NCBI GenBank assembly: GCA_965224025.1
Contig: OZ245033.1
Coordinates: 4,960,001-5,024,000, forward strand
Reading direction: 5' to 3'
DNA: 64,000 nucleotides
Origin: Candidatus Multivorans sp.
GTDB lineage: Bacteria; Acidobacteriota; Thermoanaerobaculia; Multivoradales; Multivoraceae
A program made the translations under genes and the position numbers. The notes under the pieces were generated by a model that searched no databases, was not told where the DNA came from, and saw nothing but the letters and a program-made list of their open reading frames with translations. Of the stretch, positions 11,439 through 21,472 are shown piece after piece (the stretch's first letter is position 1; each line of letters opens with the position of its first letter).

Positions 11439-11622
11439 AACCTCTGGACATCGATCGGCGTAGCTACGCCCGCCCAGAGGCGACGCACAACGCGGCCGTC
11501 ACCTGTCCCTCTAATCGGTCATAAGGCGCTCGGATCTCGCCCGGCATGTCGTTGGGCGACTCCCGGTGGCGTTCACCGAAAACCGGGTCCGTAGGCGTCG
11601 CGCCTCGTGCTACCAACGGGGC

Positions 11623-13839
11623 ATGACACTGCTGGCACTGGTTTTCTTCCTGGCTCAGCCGTTTGACGCATTCGCCGCTGAGCAGCGTCCGATCCAACCA
11701 GACGGCGCGACTCACGTCAAGGGAACCGTTCGTGACACGACGGGTCTGCCGTTGCCTGGTGCCACGATCGAAATCGACAATTCCCTGGTCGCCGTTTCAG
11801 ACGCCAAGGGCTGCTTCGAGATCGCCCTGGTGTCCGGTGCGCGTTACCAGGCGATCGTGAAACTACCTGGGTTTGACCGACATGAATCCGTTTTCGAGGT
11901 GAGCCACGGCGTGCGACTCGACGTCGTGCTGGCGATCAGCCCCATGCAAGAGCAGATAACCGTCACGCCCACGCCCCCGTCACCCGAGGAAGAGGTCACG
12001 CGTCCTTTTCTGCTCCAACCTGTCCAAGTCTACCGGACACCCGGCGCCGACGCAGATCTGTTCAGAGCCCTCCAAACGCTGCCAGGTGTCAGCGCACCTG
12101 ACGACGGCGCCGGTCTATTTGTGCGCGGCGGCGACGTCAGCGAGGTGCTGGTGTCACTCGATGACGCCGTCATCGCCCATCCCTACCGGCATGAGACACC
12201 GACCGGCGGATTCAGGGGCACGGTAGACCCGCTGCTCATATCGGGGCTCAGCTTCAGTACTGGCGGCTTCTCCGCCCGCTACGGCAACGTCCTCAGTGGT
12301 GTCCTCGACCTGCAAGGACTCGAGCGGCCCGACGCGCGGCAGACGACCGCGACGTTTGGACTCGCGGGCGTGTCTGCCTCCATCGCCGCACCGGTCGGCG
12401 ACCGATTCGGCGCGCGGGGCGCGTTCAATCGAACCCTCACCCGCCTCCTCTTCGCCGTCAACGGGAGCCCGCGCTCGTTTGACCCGCCGCCCGAAGGCTG
12501 GGATGGATCCGCCGGGTTCACCTGGAATCTGGGAAGACGCGGTCGACTCAAGAGCTTCGCGCTGATGCAGCGGGATCGGCTGGGGGTCGGAATCGAGCAG
12601 GACGCGTTCACGGGGCTGTTGCAATCCTCGACGACTCACAGGTTCGTCGGCACGCGGTGGGATGGTCCGCTTGGAGGCTGGGCGGCCTCGGCGTCTTTCG
12701 GCCGCGACGACTACCGGCGCAAGACCAACGTCGGCATCCTGGACCGGACGGTCACGGACAGCGTGGCATCGTGGCGAATCGATCTCAGCCCACCACCGGC
12801 CGGTGCGGTCGAGTGGCGCGTCGGCGCCAACGGCTCCTTCACCGATGCGTCGATTGCGGGACGCGTACCGGTGAGAGGTGGCGACCTGGGTGGCGTTGCC
12901 GGTGACGCCCGGTTCGATGCCGGCGTCGACGACTGGTTTGGAGGCGCCTATCTGGAGGTCACGACACACCTCGGGGCCGTGTCAGCCACGATCGGGGCGC
13001 GCGCTGATCGGTTCGGCCTGGCGCGCGCGACCACCATCGATCCACGGCTCAACGTCCGCATCGGTCTGGGCCGCACGCATGCGCTGCGCCTCGCGGCCGG
13101 TGTGTACCACCAGGCCCCCTCCCCCTCGTACTACGACCGCGAACGAGGGGCTACGCGGCTGCCACCCATGCGGGCGCTGCACTACGTCGCCGGATACGAG
13201 ACCGGTCGCGAGGCGGAAGGCCTTTATGTTCGGGCAGAGGGGTTCGTGAAGACGTACGCCGACCTACCCCTCGAAGATGACGTCCGAGGGTATACAGCCG
13301 ACGGATACGGGTCGGCCCGCGGGGTCGATCTCTTCGTCCAGTGGCTGTCAAGCCGACTCGAGGTGCGCGGCACCGCCAGCTGGCTGCGAGCCAAGCGGCG
13401 ATGGACGCCGGTCGATCAGCGCGAGCGATACGACCTTCCGGACGGGACCTGGACACCGGACTTCGAGATTCCCTCGTGGGTGCAGATCATCACCACCGTG
13501 CCCCTCTCGAACGGTGTGAACGTGAGTGCGTCGTGGCGCTCGGCCGCCGGCCGACCCCACACCCCGATCGTAGCTGGCCGGGCGACCGGCGACAGCTTCC
13601 TTCCCGTCTTCGGTTCCGTCAACTCCGAGCGCCTCCCGCGCTACGAACGACTTGATCTCTCCTCGAGCTGGCTCATACCGGCTGGCGATGGGGCGGTGAT
13701 CTTCTTTCTGTCCGTCGACAACGTCCTCGGACGGGCCAGCTTTTTCGACTACGTCTACGCGCCCGACTATGCGTCACGGCAGCCGGTCGTCAACGCTGCA
13801 CCCCGTGCGATGTATGTCGGCGTTTCCCTCAGGAGGTAA
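11623..13839 (+). CDS. TonB-dependent outer-membrane receptor with N-terminal carboxypeptidase-regulatory-like domain
   Basis: KGTVRDTTGLPLPGATI, plug LQTLPGV...LFVRGG, STGGFSARYGNVLSGVLDL, barrel features GARAD and DPRL; start could be 11566. Confidence 0.85.
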   Translation: MTLLALVFFLAQPFDAFAAEQRPIQPDGATHVKGTVRDTTGLPLPGATIEIDNSLVAVSDAKGCFEIALVSGARYQAIVKLPGFDRHESVFEVSHGVRLDVVLAISPMQEQITVTPTPPSPEEEVTRPFLLQPVQVYRTPGADADLFRALQTLPGVSAPDDGAGLFVRGGDVSEVLVSLDDAVIAHPYRHETPTGGFRGTVDPLLISGLSFSTGGFSARYGNVLSGVLDLQGLERPDARQTTATFGLAGVSASIAAPVGDRFGARGAFNRTLTRLLFAVNGSPRSFDPPPEGWDGSAGFTWNLGRRGRLKSFALMQRDRLGVGIEQDAFTGLLQSSTTHRFVGTRWDGPLGGWAASASFGRDDYRRKTNVGILDRTVTDSVASWRIDLSPPPAGAVEWRVGANGSFTDASIAGRVPVRGGDLGGVAGDARFDAGVDDWFGGAYLEVTTHLGAVSATIGARADRFGLARATTIDPRLNVRIGLGRTHALRLAAGVYHQAPSPSYYDRERGATRLPPMRALHYVAGYETGREAEGLYVRAEGFVKTYADLPLEDDVRGYTADGYGSARGVDLFVQWLSSRLEVRGTASWLRAKRRWTPVDQRERYDLPDGTWTPDFEIPSWVQIITTVPLSNGVNVSASWRSAAGRPHTPIVAGRATGDSFLPVFGSVNSERLPRYERLDLSSSWLIPAGDGAVIFFLSVDNVLGRASFFDYVYAPDYASRQPVVNAAPRAMYVGVSLRR

Positions 13840-13841
13840 CC

Positions 13842-14618
13842 GTGGCAAGCACTCACATCGTGGCAGTCGCACTGGTCGCAGCGATGACTGCGCCAGCACC
13901 TTCCCTGGCGCAGGAAGTCGCGTGGTCCGAACTCACCGAGCGGCTCGAACGCGCGGCACTGGCCGGATCCGGGCAAGAGCTCCGGGCCGTTCGGATGGAT
14001 CTCCTCCGACAACTGATTCATCCCGCGGAACAGGCGCCCGGGCGAGCATTCGTGGAATACGCGATCGCCTACGTCGCGTGGCGGTCGGCCAACCTGACGG
14101 ATGTTCCCGAACAGGAACAGGCTGACCTTCTAGATGACGGCGTCGAGCGACTGCAGGCCCTCGTAAACGACGATCCGGAACACACCGAAGCTCGCGCGCT
14201 GCTCGGAGCGCTCTACGGTCTGCAGATCGGGCGGGATCCGTCCCGAGGGGCCGAGCTGGGCGTGCGTTCCTCGGGCGCTCTCGACCGCGCCGAGGCCGCG
14301 GCGCCCGACAACCCGCGCGTCACGCTCCTGCAAGGCATCAGTGCGTTCCACACGCCGGTCAGGTTCGGCGGTGGCCTCGACAGAGCAGAGCGTCTGCTTC
14401 GTCGCAGCCTCGATTCGTTCTCACGCGAGCCGCTGGACAAGCCGTGGCCCAACTGGGGACGGTTCGACGCCCACGTCTGGCTTGGCCAGACACTCGCCCG
14501 ACAGAACGACCCTTCGGGGGCCCGCGCCGAGTACGATGCGGCCTTGTCCCTGGCCCCCGATTCGGGGTGGGTGAAGTTCGTGCTGCTGCCGGCCCTGAAT
14601 GACGCTGGTCGACCTTAG
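13842..14618 (+). CDS. secreted TPR-containing protein
   Basis: Signal peptide, RBS AGGAGG, TPR-like helices (EARALLGALYG, PDNPRV, AHVWLGQTL, ARAEYDAALSLAP). Confidence 0.75.
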   Translation: MASTHIVAVALVAAMTAPAPSLAQEVAWSELTERLERAALAGSGQELRAVRMDLLRQLIHPAEQAPGRAFVEYAIAYVAWRSANLTDVPEQEQADLLDDGVERLQALVNDDPEHTEARALLGALYGLQIGRDPSRGAELGVRSSGALDRAEAAAPDNPRVTLLQGISAFHTPVRFGGGLDRAERLLRRSLDSFSREPLDKPWPNWGRFDAHVWLGQTLARQNDPSGARAEYDAALSLAPDSGWVKFVLLPALNDAGRP

Positions 14619-14628
14619 TGGAGTAGAC

Positions 14629-15737
14629 ATGGCACACGCTATCGATCCGCCCGGTTCCCATAGGCGCTACCGCCCCTGGCTGGTTGTCGCCGGCTGGATG
14701 ACGGCTGCCGTGATCCAGGCGCTCGCGCTGGATGCGTCGGCGGCGGCGCCGTTCGAGGACGGGCTCCCGAACGGGATTGTCAGCCATGCGGTGCTGGGCA
14801 TCCTCGTCTGGCAGGTGTGCCGGGCGCATGCCTACCTTGAGCTCTGGAAGCGCCGTCCCCTACGCGCGGTGTCTGTGCACGCCACCGCGGGGGTCGGAGC
14901 GCTCGCGATCTGGAGCGGGGCCGAGGTGACCTACACGCGCCTCGTGTACGGGGAGGACTTCTGGCCACTCGTGTACGCCAATAGCTGGGCGCTGCAACTG
15001 CTTAGCGCCGCGCTCCTGTATGCGGCGGCGGTCGGGCTCGGCGTCATCGTCCAGAGCTTCGACCGGGAGCAGCTCCGCCACCAACGTGAAGCCGAGCTCG
15101 AACTCGTGGCCCGGGACGCGGAGCTGACCGCCATCAAGTCACAACTGCAGCCGCACTTCCTGCTGAACTCGCTCAACTCGATCTGGCGCTCGTGAAGCAC
15201 GACCCGACGAGGGCGAGCGCCATGCTCGAACGGCTGGCCTCGTTTCTGCAGTCAGGGTTCGACCGTCTCGACGAACCGCTCGTTCGTCTGCACCGTGAAC
15301 TGGACACGGTTCGCGACTACCTGAAGATCGAGCAGGTTCGATTCGCGGATCGCCTGCGCTTCACCATCGAAACAGACGGCGAAACGGAGCAGGTATCGAT
15401 ACCTCCATTCCTACTGCAGCCACTCGTAGAGAACGCTGTCAAACACGGTATTCAGCCGCACCCGCGGCAGGGCGAAGTGCGCGTCGCGGCGCGTCGTCAG
15501 GGCGCCCGCGTTCACGTCACGGTATCCGACACCGGGAGCGGTCCGAACGCCTCGCACGGTACGAGCGGCAGGGGTATCGACCTGACTCGACGGCAACTGC
15601 GGGCAACATACGGCGACGACGGGGCCTCGATGATCATGTGCCGCGAAGAGAGCGGGGGCTTTACGGTGAGTCTGGACCTCCCGGCAGAACCCGAGCCACT
15701 GGGAGGTTCCTCCTCACCTGCTGCCAATGGCTCCTGA
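14629..15737 (+). pseudogene. LytS/YehU-family sensor histidine kinase, frameshifted near 15183
   Basis: TM helices then LTAIKSQLQPHFLLNSLNSI; continues in another frame as ALVKHDP...YLKIEQVRF...LLQPLVENAVKHG...DTGSG. Adding one C restores the frame. Confidence 0.85.
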
Positions 15738-16479
15738 CCGCCTCCGCCTGATCGTGGCGGACGACGAGGTGCTGGCGCGACGGCTCGTGCGGGACTACGC
15801 GGCCCGATCTAGCGGCGTGAGCATCGTGCACGAGTGCGTTGACGTGGCGAGTTTGGCTGCCGCGCTTGAACAGGGGGGAGCGGACGCAGCGATGCTCGAC
15901 ATCCGAATGCCGGGACGCGACGTGTTCGAGGTCCTTGAGGACATCAGGCAACGCCAGCCGTTGCCCGCCCTTGTCTTTGCAACCGCGTACGACCGTTATG
16001 CGGTTCGCGCGTTCGAGATGAACGCCGTGGACTACCTCGTGAAGCCCTTCACGGAATCTCGTTTCGCGCAGACGATTGGGCGACTGCGGCAGGACCAACG
16101 GCCCGGTGCTCCGGCCGACGGCGTCCCGCGCCTGCTGCGTGATCTTGGGCGCCGCCCCGACCGGCTGCTCGTGCCCGAGGGGCGACGCATCGTACCCGTC
16201 GCCGTCTCCGCCATCGGCTGGATACAAGCGAAAGGCGACTACGCGCGAATTCACGCGGGCAACAAGAGTTACCTCGTCTACCGTACGCTCAACGAACTTG
16301 AAGAGAGGTTGGACCCAGCCGAGTTCCTGCGGGTACATCGCTCCGCGATCGTGCGGCTCGATCAGATTCTCGAGGTAGTAGCCGTCGGAAGTGGCCGCTA
16401 TCGCTTGACTCTGAAGGGCGGTGGAACCCCGACCGTCAGCCGTGGCCGCGCCCAGGCCCTCAAACGGTTCATCCTGTGA
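15727..16479 (+). CDS. LytTR-family response regulator
   Basis: ADDE, LDIRMPG, FATAYD, DYLVKPF, FLRVHRSAIV. Confidence 0.93.
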   Translation: MAPDRLRLIVADDEVLARRLVRDYAARSSGVSIVHECVDVASLAAALEQGGADAAMLDIRMPGRDVFEVLEDIRQRQPLPALVFATAYDRYAVRAFEMNAVDYLVKPFTESRFAQTIGRLRQDQRPGAPADGVPRLLRDLGRRPDRLLVPEGRRIVPVAVSAIGWIQAKGDYARIHAGNKSYLVYRTLNELEERLDPAEFLRVHRSAIVRLDQILEVVAVGSGRYRLTLKGGGTPTVSRGRAQALKRFIL

Positions 16480-16506
16480 CATGAGAGCAACCGCGACCAC
16501 CACACC

Positions 16507-17250
16507 ATGCCCCGACTCACCGACTACCGCGTCCTGACGTTCGACTGCTACGGCACTCTGATCGACTGGGAGACTGGCATCTGGGACGCCTTGCAGCCGC
16601 TGATCATGCGGAACCCGGACGCCGAGGTCACCCGCGACGCGGCGCTGGTTGCGTTCGGGCAGTGCGAGAGCCTTCAGGAGCAAGAGACGCCTGATCTGCT
16701 CTATCCCGACCTGCTGGCCCAGGTCCATCGGCGGATCGCCGACCACCTGGACATGCGATCCACCGCGGAACTCGACGAGGCGTTCGGCGCTTCCGTGCCG
16801 GACTGGCCGGCGTTCGCGGACACCGCCGACGCACTGCGAATCCTCAAGCGGCACTTCCGTCTGGTCATCCTCTCGAACGTCCACAAGGACGGCATCGCCG
16901 GCTCGAACCGGAAGCTCGGCGTCGAGTTCGACGCGATCTACACGGCCGAGGACATCGGCTCCTACAAGCCGGCCGACGCGAACTTCGACTATCTACTCGC
17001 CCACCTCAAGTCCGACTTCGGGCTCGGCCGGTCCGACGTGCTGCACACCGCGCAGAGCCTGCACCACGACCATGTACCGGCGAACCGGTTCGGGCTCGCA
17101 AATGCCTGGATCGACCGCCAGCGCCTCTCCGAGGGCGGGAGCTGGGGAGCCACCGACCGCGTAGCGACGATGCCGACGACCGACTTCGTGTTCTTCTCCA
17201 TGGGAGAGATGGCCGCCGCCGTCGCGAAGCGCCTGAGCCGCGGGACCTAG
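16507..17250 (+). CDS. haloacid dehalogenase type II (HAD superfamily)
   Basis: FDCYGTLIDWE, LSN, GSYKP, AQSLHHD. Confidence 0.9.
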   Translation: MPRLTDYRVLTFDCYGTLIDWETGIWDALQPLIMRNPDAEVTRDAALVAFGQCESLQEQETPDLLYPDLLAQVHRRIADHLDMRSTAELDEAFGASVPDWPAFADTADALRILKRHFRLVILSNVHKDGIAGSNRKLGVEFDAIYTAEDIGSYKPADANFDYLLAHLKSDFGLGRSDVLHTAQSLHHDHVPANRFGLANAWIDRQRLSEGGSWGATDRVATMPTTDFVFFSMGEMAAAVAKRLSRGT

Positions 17251-17275
17251 CCGGCCAGCGGTCTGTCTCCAGCGC

Positions 17276-17710
17276 CTAGCCCTGCAACGGATTCCGCGTC
17301 GGAAGGTCGGGAAATCGGCTGAAGTCCCGGTCGGCGGTCCAGAACTCGGTCACGCCATGCCCGAGGCAGAGCGCGGCGACGCGCGCGTCGTGGACCATCG
17401 GTCCCTTGACCTGCCCCTTTCGGAGCAGGTCCTTCAGCAACTCCCAGTGCGTGTAAGTCTCCGTCAGGAGATTCACTACGGGAGACTCGAGCCAGACGTC
17501 GACCTGCTCGATGGCCGCATCGAGAGCCGAAGGCGGGTCGTAGATGCGCGGGTGGGTCACGATGCCGAGGTACTCATGCACGCACGGCCATGGCAACCCC
17601 CACGCCACCCTCCCTTCCGCCAGTGACGCCAGGCAGCACCGGGCCTGCTGGTGCCACTCGGAATCGGTCCGATGCGCGTAGATGAGCAGGTTCGCGTCGG
17701 TCCCGATCAA
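17276..17710 (-). CDS. vapC: PIN-domain VapC toxin
   Basis: DANLLIYAH, VHDARVAAL, TADRDFSRF. Confidence 0.92.
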   Translation of the reverse strand: MIGTDANLLIYAHRTDSEWHQQARCCLASLAEGRVAWGLPWPCVHEYLGIVTHPRIYDPPSALDAAIEQVDVWLESPVVNLLTETYTHWELLKDLLRKGQVKGPMVHDARVAALCLGHGVTEFWTADRDFSRFPDLPTRNPLQG

Positions 17711-17952
17711 CCGCCGCGTCCCTCGTACAGCGCTTCACGGATGCGTGCCCAGTCGGCGTCCCGGAACTCCGGCCGTAGACCGCGTCCACCGACACTCGCA
17801 TCTCGCAGTACGAAGCCGGCGTTCTCCCGGTCAGCCTTCATCGCCAGTTGCAAACCGCGCTCGAACAGCTCTCGCAGCGTGATGTTCTCTCTTGCCGCGT
17901 GAGCCTTCGCCTCTCTCGCCAAGTCGTCTGAGATCTCGATCGTGGTCTTCAC
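17707..17952 (-). CDS. vapB: VapB-type antitoxin
   Basis: MKTTIEISDDLAREAKAHAARENITLRELFERGL; overlaps vapC. Confidence 0.88.
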   Translation of the reverse strand: MKTTIEISDDLAREAKAHAARENITLRELFERGLQLAMKADRENAGFVLRDASVGGRGLRPEFRDADWARIREALYEGRGG

Positions 17953-17966
17953 TATGGGTCCCCATA
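17953..17966. promoter_or_regulatory. candidate antitoxin operator
   Basis: Inverted repeat TATGGG-TC-CCCATA directly upstream of the vapB start codon. Confidence 0.5.
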
Positions 17967-18059
17967 CCGTCTGATACGGCTTGCCACCTTACTTGCCACC
18001 CACCCTCGGGTCAATGGGTCGGCAAGGTTCCAAGCGAGAGAGTCGACGACGGCCGTCTC

Positions 18060-19589
18060 TCAGCCATCCTCCTCCACCGTCAGCCGGTAGTTCGCGGCGG
18101 CCAGAAACTTCGCCTCCTGACGGAGGTCGGCTCGCGTCAACGGCGACGTTTCGAGCCACGCCTTCGGCAGCACGAGCCTCAGATCGCGGCCATCGACGTC
18201 AAGCCCGACCGCCAGAGGTTCCGGTCGACGGCTCCTGTGCAGGACCACCGCCAAGCGCAACAGAACGGCAACGCGGCGCGCCGGTTGCCGCCAGGCCGAG
18301 GGTAGCCGATCGAAGATCTGGCGCGGGAACTTGCGCCGGTGGCTCCGCACCAGCGACGCGAGAGCCAGGTGCTCCTGGAGCGAAAAACCGTGCATTTCCG
18401 CGTTCTCCACGATGTAGGCGCCGTGCTTGTGGAAGCCGGCGTGGTTGATGTCGAGGCCAACCTCGTGCAACTGGGCCCCCCAGGAGAGCATGAGCCAGGG
18501 AAGTTCTCCCGCGAGGTTCCACGGCTCCGCGCACTGTTCGAGAAGCCGTAGCGCGGTCTCGCGCACGCGCTCGGCCTGGTCCGGCTGCACATGGTAGCGG
18601 CGGGCCATCGACTCGACCGCCGCGTGCCGCGTGTCCTCGTGGTGCAGCCGGCCGAGCAGGTCGTACAGAGCACCTTCCCGCAAGGCACCGCCCGCGACCC
18701 GCATGCGCTCGATGCCGAGCGCCTTGAACACCGCCAGCAGCACGGCGACGCCGCCGGCGAATACGGGCGCCCTGCCCTCGCTCAGGCCCTTGACGCCACC
18801 GCCCATGGTGCTGCCGCGTTCCACCAGCAGTTCGCGAAGGCGGAGCAGCGCCTCCAGGGTAATGCCGTGCTCGCACCACCCCGCGGCTCGCACTACTTCC
18901 GCCACCGAACGGACCGTGCCCGACGAACCGACGGCCACCGTCCAGCCGGCCCCGGCGCGGAAGCGGCGCTCGATCGGTTCCAGCTCCTGTAACGCCGCGA
19001 TCTCGGCCCGCTGCCAGCGCTTCTCCTTCACCCGGCCATTCGGGAAGTGGCGCAAGCTGAAGCTCACGCAGCCCATGTACAGGCTCTCCAGATCGAGCGG
19101 CCGCGAGCCCTCGCCGATGATCAGTTCCGTCGACCCGCCGCCGATGTCGACGGCCAGGCGCCGTTCGTCGCCGGCAAGACTCCTCGACACGCCGAGGTAG
19201 ATCAGCCGCGCTTCCTCGAGACCCGAGACGATCTCCACCGGAAGGCCCAGCGATCGTTGCGCCGCTTCCAGCAGGTCGCGGGCGTTTCGCGCCTGGCGCA
19301 GCGTGTTCGTGCCCACGACGCGGACCGTCCCCGGCGGAAAGGCCCGCACGCGCTCACCGAATCGACCGAGACACTCGAGCGCCCGGGCCACCGCCTCCGG
19401 AGTCAGGCGTTTGCGTTCGTCGAGCCCGGCGGCAAGCCGGACGAACTCCTTCCGGCGGTCGACGAACACGAGTTGGCCGTCCCGAACCTCCGCCACCACC
19501 AGGTGGAAACTGTTCGAGCCGAGGTCGGCGGCGGCGACCACCTCCGTGTCGGCCTGTGGTCGCCCTGACTGGGACCCGGAATCGTCCAT
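18060..19589 (-). CDS. ppx: exopolyphosphatase (Ppx/GppA)
   Basis: DLGSNSFH, GTNTLR, EEARLIYLGV, DIGGGSTE, ALREG, LHEVG...HKHGAY. Confidence 0.95.
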   Translation of the reverse strand: MDDSGSQSGRPQADTEVVAAADLGSNSFHLVVAEVRDGQLVFVDRRKEFVRLAAGLDERKRLTPEAVARALECLGRFGERVRAFPPGTVRVVGTNTLRQARNARDLLEAAQRSLGLPVEIVSGLEEARLIYLGVSRSLAGDERRLAVDIGGGSTELIIGEGSRPLDLESLYMGCVSFSLRHFPNGRVKEKRWQRAEIAALQELEPIERRFRAGAGWTVAVGSSGTVRSVAEVVRAAGWCEHGITLEALLRLRELLVERGSTMGGGVKGLSEGRAPVFAGGVAVLLAVFKALGIERMRVAGGALREGALYDLLGRLHHEDTRHAAVESMARRYHVQPDQAERVRETALRLLEQCAEPWNLAGELPWLMLSWGAQLHEVGLDINHAGFHKHGAYIVENAEMHGFSLQEHLALASLVRSHRRKFPRQIFDRLPSAWRQPARRVAVLLRLAVVLHRSRRPEPLAVGLDVDGRDLRLVLPKAWLETSPLTRADLRQEAKFLAAANYRLTVEEDG

Positions 19590-19615
19590 CGGGCGCCAAG
19601 TATGATCGCCCGGCC

Positions 19616-20656
19616 ATGAACGCCCCGGTCGATCTCCGCTCCGACACGATGACCCGGCCGTCGCCGGCCATGCGCAGGGCGATGGCCGCGGCGGAAGTCG
19701 GCGACGACGTGTTTCGCGAGGACCCGACGGTCAACCGGCTGCAGGAGCGCGTCGCGGACCTGCTCGGTCGGGAGGCGGCCCTCTTCGTCCCTTCCGGCAC
19801 CCAGGGCAACCTGTCCTGCCTGCTGGCGCACGAGCTGCCGCGCGGCAGCGAGGTCCTGCTCGAGGCGAACGCGCACATCATCAACCACGAGATGAACGGG
19901 ATCACCGGAGTCGCCGGCCTGCTGCCGCGCGCTGTTGCGGCGGCGGCCGACGGCACTCTTCTACCCGCCGAGGTCGAGGCCGCGATCGCGCCGGACGACC
20001 CCACCCTGGCCTCGACGCGCCTCCTCTGCCTGGAGAACAGTTGCAACCAGGCCGGCGGCACGATCTACGAACGGGACCGCACCCAAGCCCTCTGCGACAC
20101 CGCCCACAGCCGCGGTCTGCGGGTCCACCTCGACGGCGCCCGGCTGTTCAACGCCGCGACCGCGCTCGCCTGCACCCCGGCCGAAGCCGCCGGACCGGTC
20201 GACTCCCTGTCCTTCTGCTTCTCGAAGGGGTTGGGCGCGCCGGTCGGGTCCATCGTGGTCGGTTCCCGCGACTTCGTCCGGAACGTCCGGCGCTACCGGC
20301 AGATGTGCGGCGGTCAGATGCGCCAGGTCGGCGTCCTCGCGGCGGCGGCCGAGGTAGCCCTCGACGAGAGCCCTCCCCTGCTCGTCCAGGATCACGAGAA
20401 CGCCCGCCTGCTCGCGGACACCCTGAAGGACCTTCCCGGCGTCGTCCTGATCGCCGAGCAGCGCACGAACATCCTCATCTTCTCGGTCGAGGGCACGGGC
20501 CGCGGCGCCGAGGAATTCCTTGAGGCTCTGGAACGCGAGGACGTGCTTTGCCTGGCGATCAGCCCGACCCACATCCGCCTGGTGACGCACCGCGACGTGA
20601 GCCCCGAGCAGACGGCGCAGGCGGCCGAGGCCCTGGTCCGGGTATTCGGTGGCTGA
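19616..20656 (+). CDS. ltaE: low-specificity L-threonine aldolase
   Basis: DLRSDT, GDDVFREDPT, SGTQGN, HLDGARLFNA, PLP lysine in FSKGLGAPVGS. Confidence 0.93.
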   Translation: MNAPVDLRSDTMTRPSPAMRRAMAAAEVGDDVFREDPTVNRLQERVADLLGREAALFVPSGTQGNLSCLLAHELPRGSEVLLEANAHIINHEMNGITGVAGLLPRAVAAAADGTLLPAEVEAAIAPDDPTLASTRLLCLENSCNQAGGTIYERDRTQALCDTAHSRGLRVHLDGARLFNAATALACTPAEAAGPVDSLSFCFSKGLGAPVGSIVVGSRDFVRNVRRYRQMCGGQMRQVGVLAAAAEVALDESPPLLVQDHENARLLADTLKDLPGVVLIAEQRTNILIFSVEGTGRGAEEFLEALEREDVLCLAISPTHIRLVTHRDVSPEQTAQAAEALVRVFGG

Positions 20657-20662
20657 AAGACC

Positions 20663-21472
20663 TTAGGAAGAAGCGAGAGGTTCGAAGTCAAAGACGGTCG
20701 ACGCGGCGCCGGGCAGAGGCACCGCCTCGACGCGGAACACGCACCGCACAAGCTCCGGGGCCAGGACCTCGGAGGGCGGGCCCTCCGCGACCAGGGCGCC
20801 GCCGTCGAGCACGGCCACCCGATCGGCAAAGCGGGCGGCGGCGTTCAGGTCGTGCAGAACGAGCACCACCGAGCGTCCCTCGTTGACCAGCCGGCGGGCG
20901 AGACCCAGGAGGTCCAGGCCGTGGGCCAGGTCGAGGTTCGACGTCGGTTCGTCGAGCAGCAGGACTTCCGCTTCGGTGGCCAGGCAGCGAGCCATCAACA
21001 CGCGTTGCAACTCGCCGCCGGAGAGCGTCGTCACCCTGCGATCCGCGAGCGCCAGCACGTCCGTGTCGTCCAGGCAGCGGTCGATCCAGCCACGATCGGC
21101 CGAACGCGTGCCGAAGAGCCGGCTCTCGTGCGGGTACCGGCCCAGGGTGACGAACTCGCGCACCGTGAACTCGAACGACGGACGCACCGACTGCGGCACG
21201 TACGCCACCCGCCGCGCCGCCTGCCGGCGCGGCAGCGCGGCGAGATCGAATCCTCCCAGCAGCACCTGACCCTCGGTCAATCGCCAGGTGCCGGAGAGCA
21301 GCCGCAGCAGGGTCGACTTGCCGGCCCCGTTCGGACCCACCACCGACGTCAGCATCGACGGCTCGATGACGAGGTCGACGCCTCGCAGCAGCCAGCGACC
21401 CCGCCGTTCGACGCCACCGCCCACGAGTTCCAACCGCGGCGCCCTGAGCGCCGGTGCCGATGTCGCCGTCAC
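20663..21472 (-). CDS. iron-siderophore/cobalamin ABC transporter ATP-binding protein
   Basis: GPNGAGKS, LSGGELQR, LLLDEPT, VLHDLN. Confidence 0.92.
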   Translation of the reverse strand: MTATSAPALRAPRLELVGGGVERRGRWLLRGVDLVIEPSMLTSVVGPNGAGKSTLLRLLSGTWRLTEGQVLLGGFDLAALPRRQAARRVAYVPQSVRPSFEFTVREFVTLGRYPHESRLFGTRSADRGWIDRCLDDTDVLALADRRVTTLSGGELQRVLMARCLATEAEVLLLDEPTSNLDLAHGLDLLGLARRLVNEGRSVVLVLHDLNAAARFADRVAVLDGGALVAEGPPSEVLAPELVRCVFRVEAVPLPGAASTVFDFEPLASS

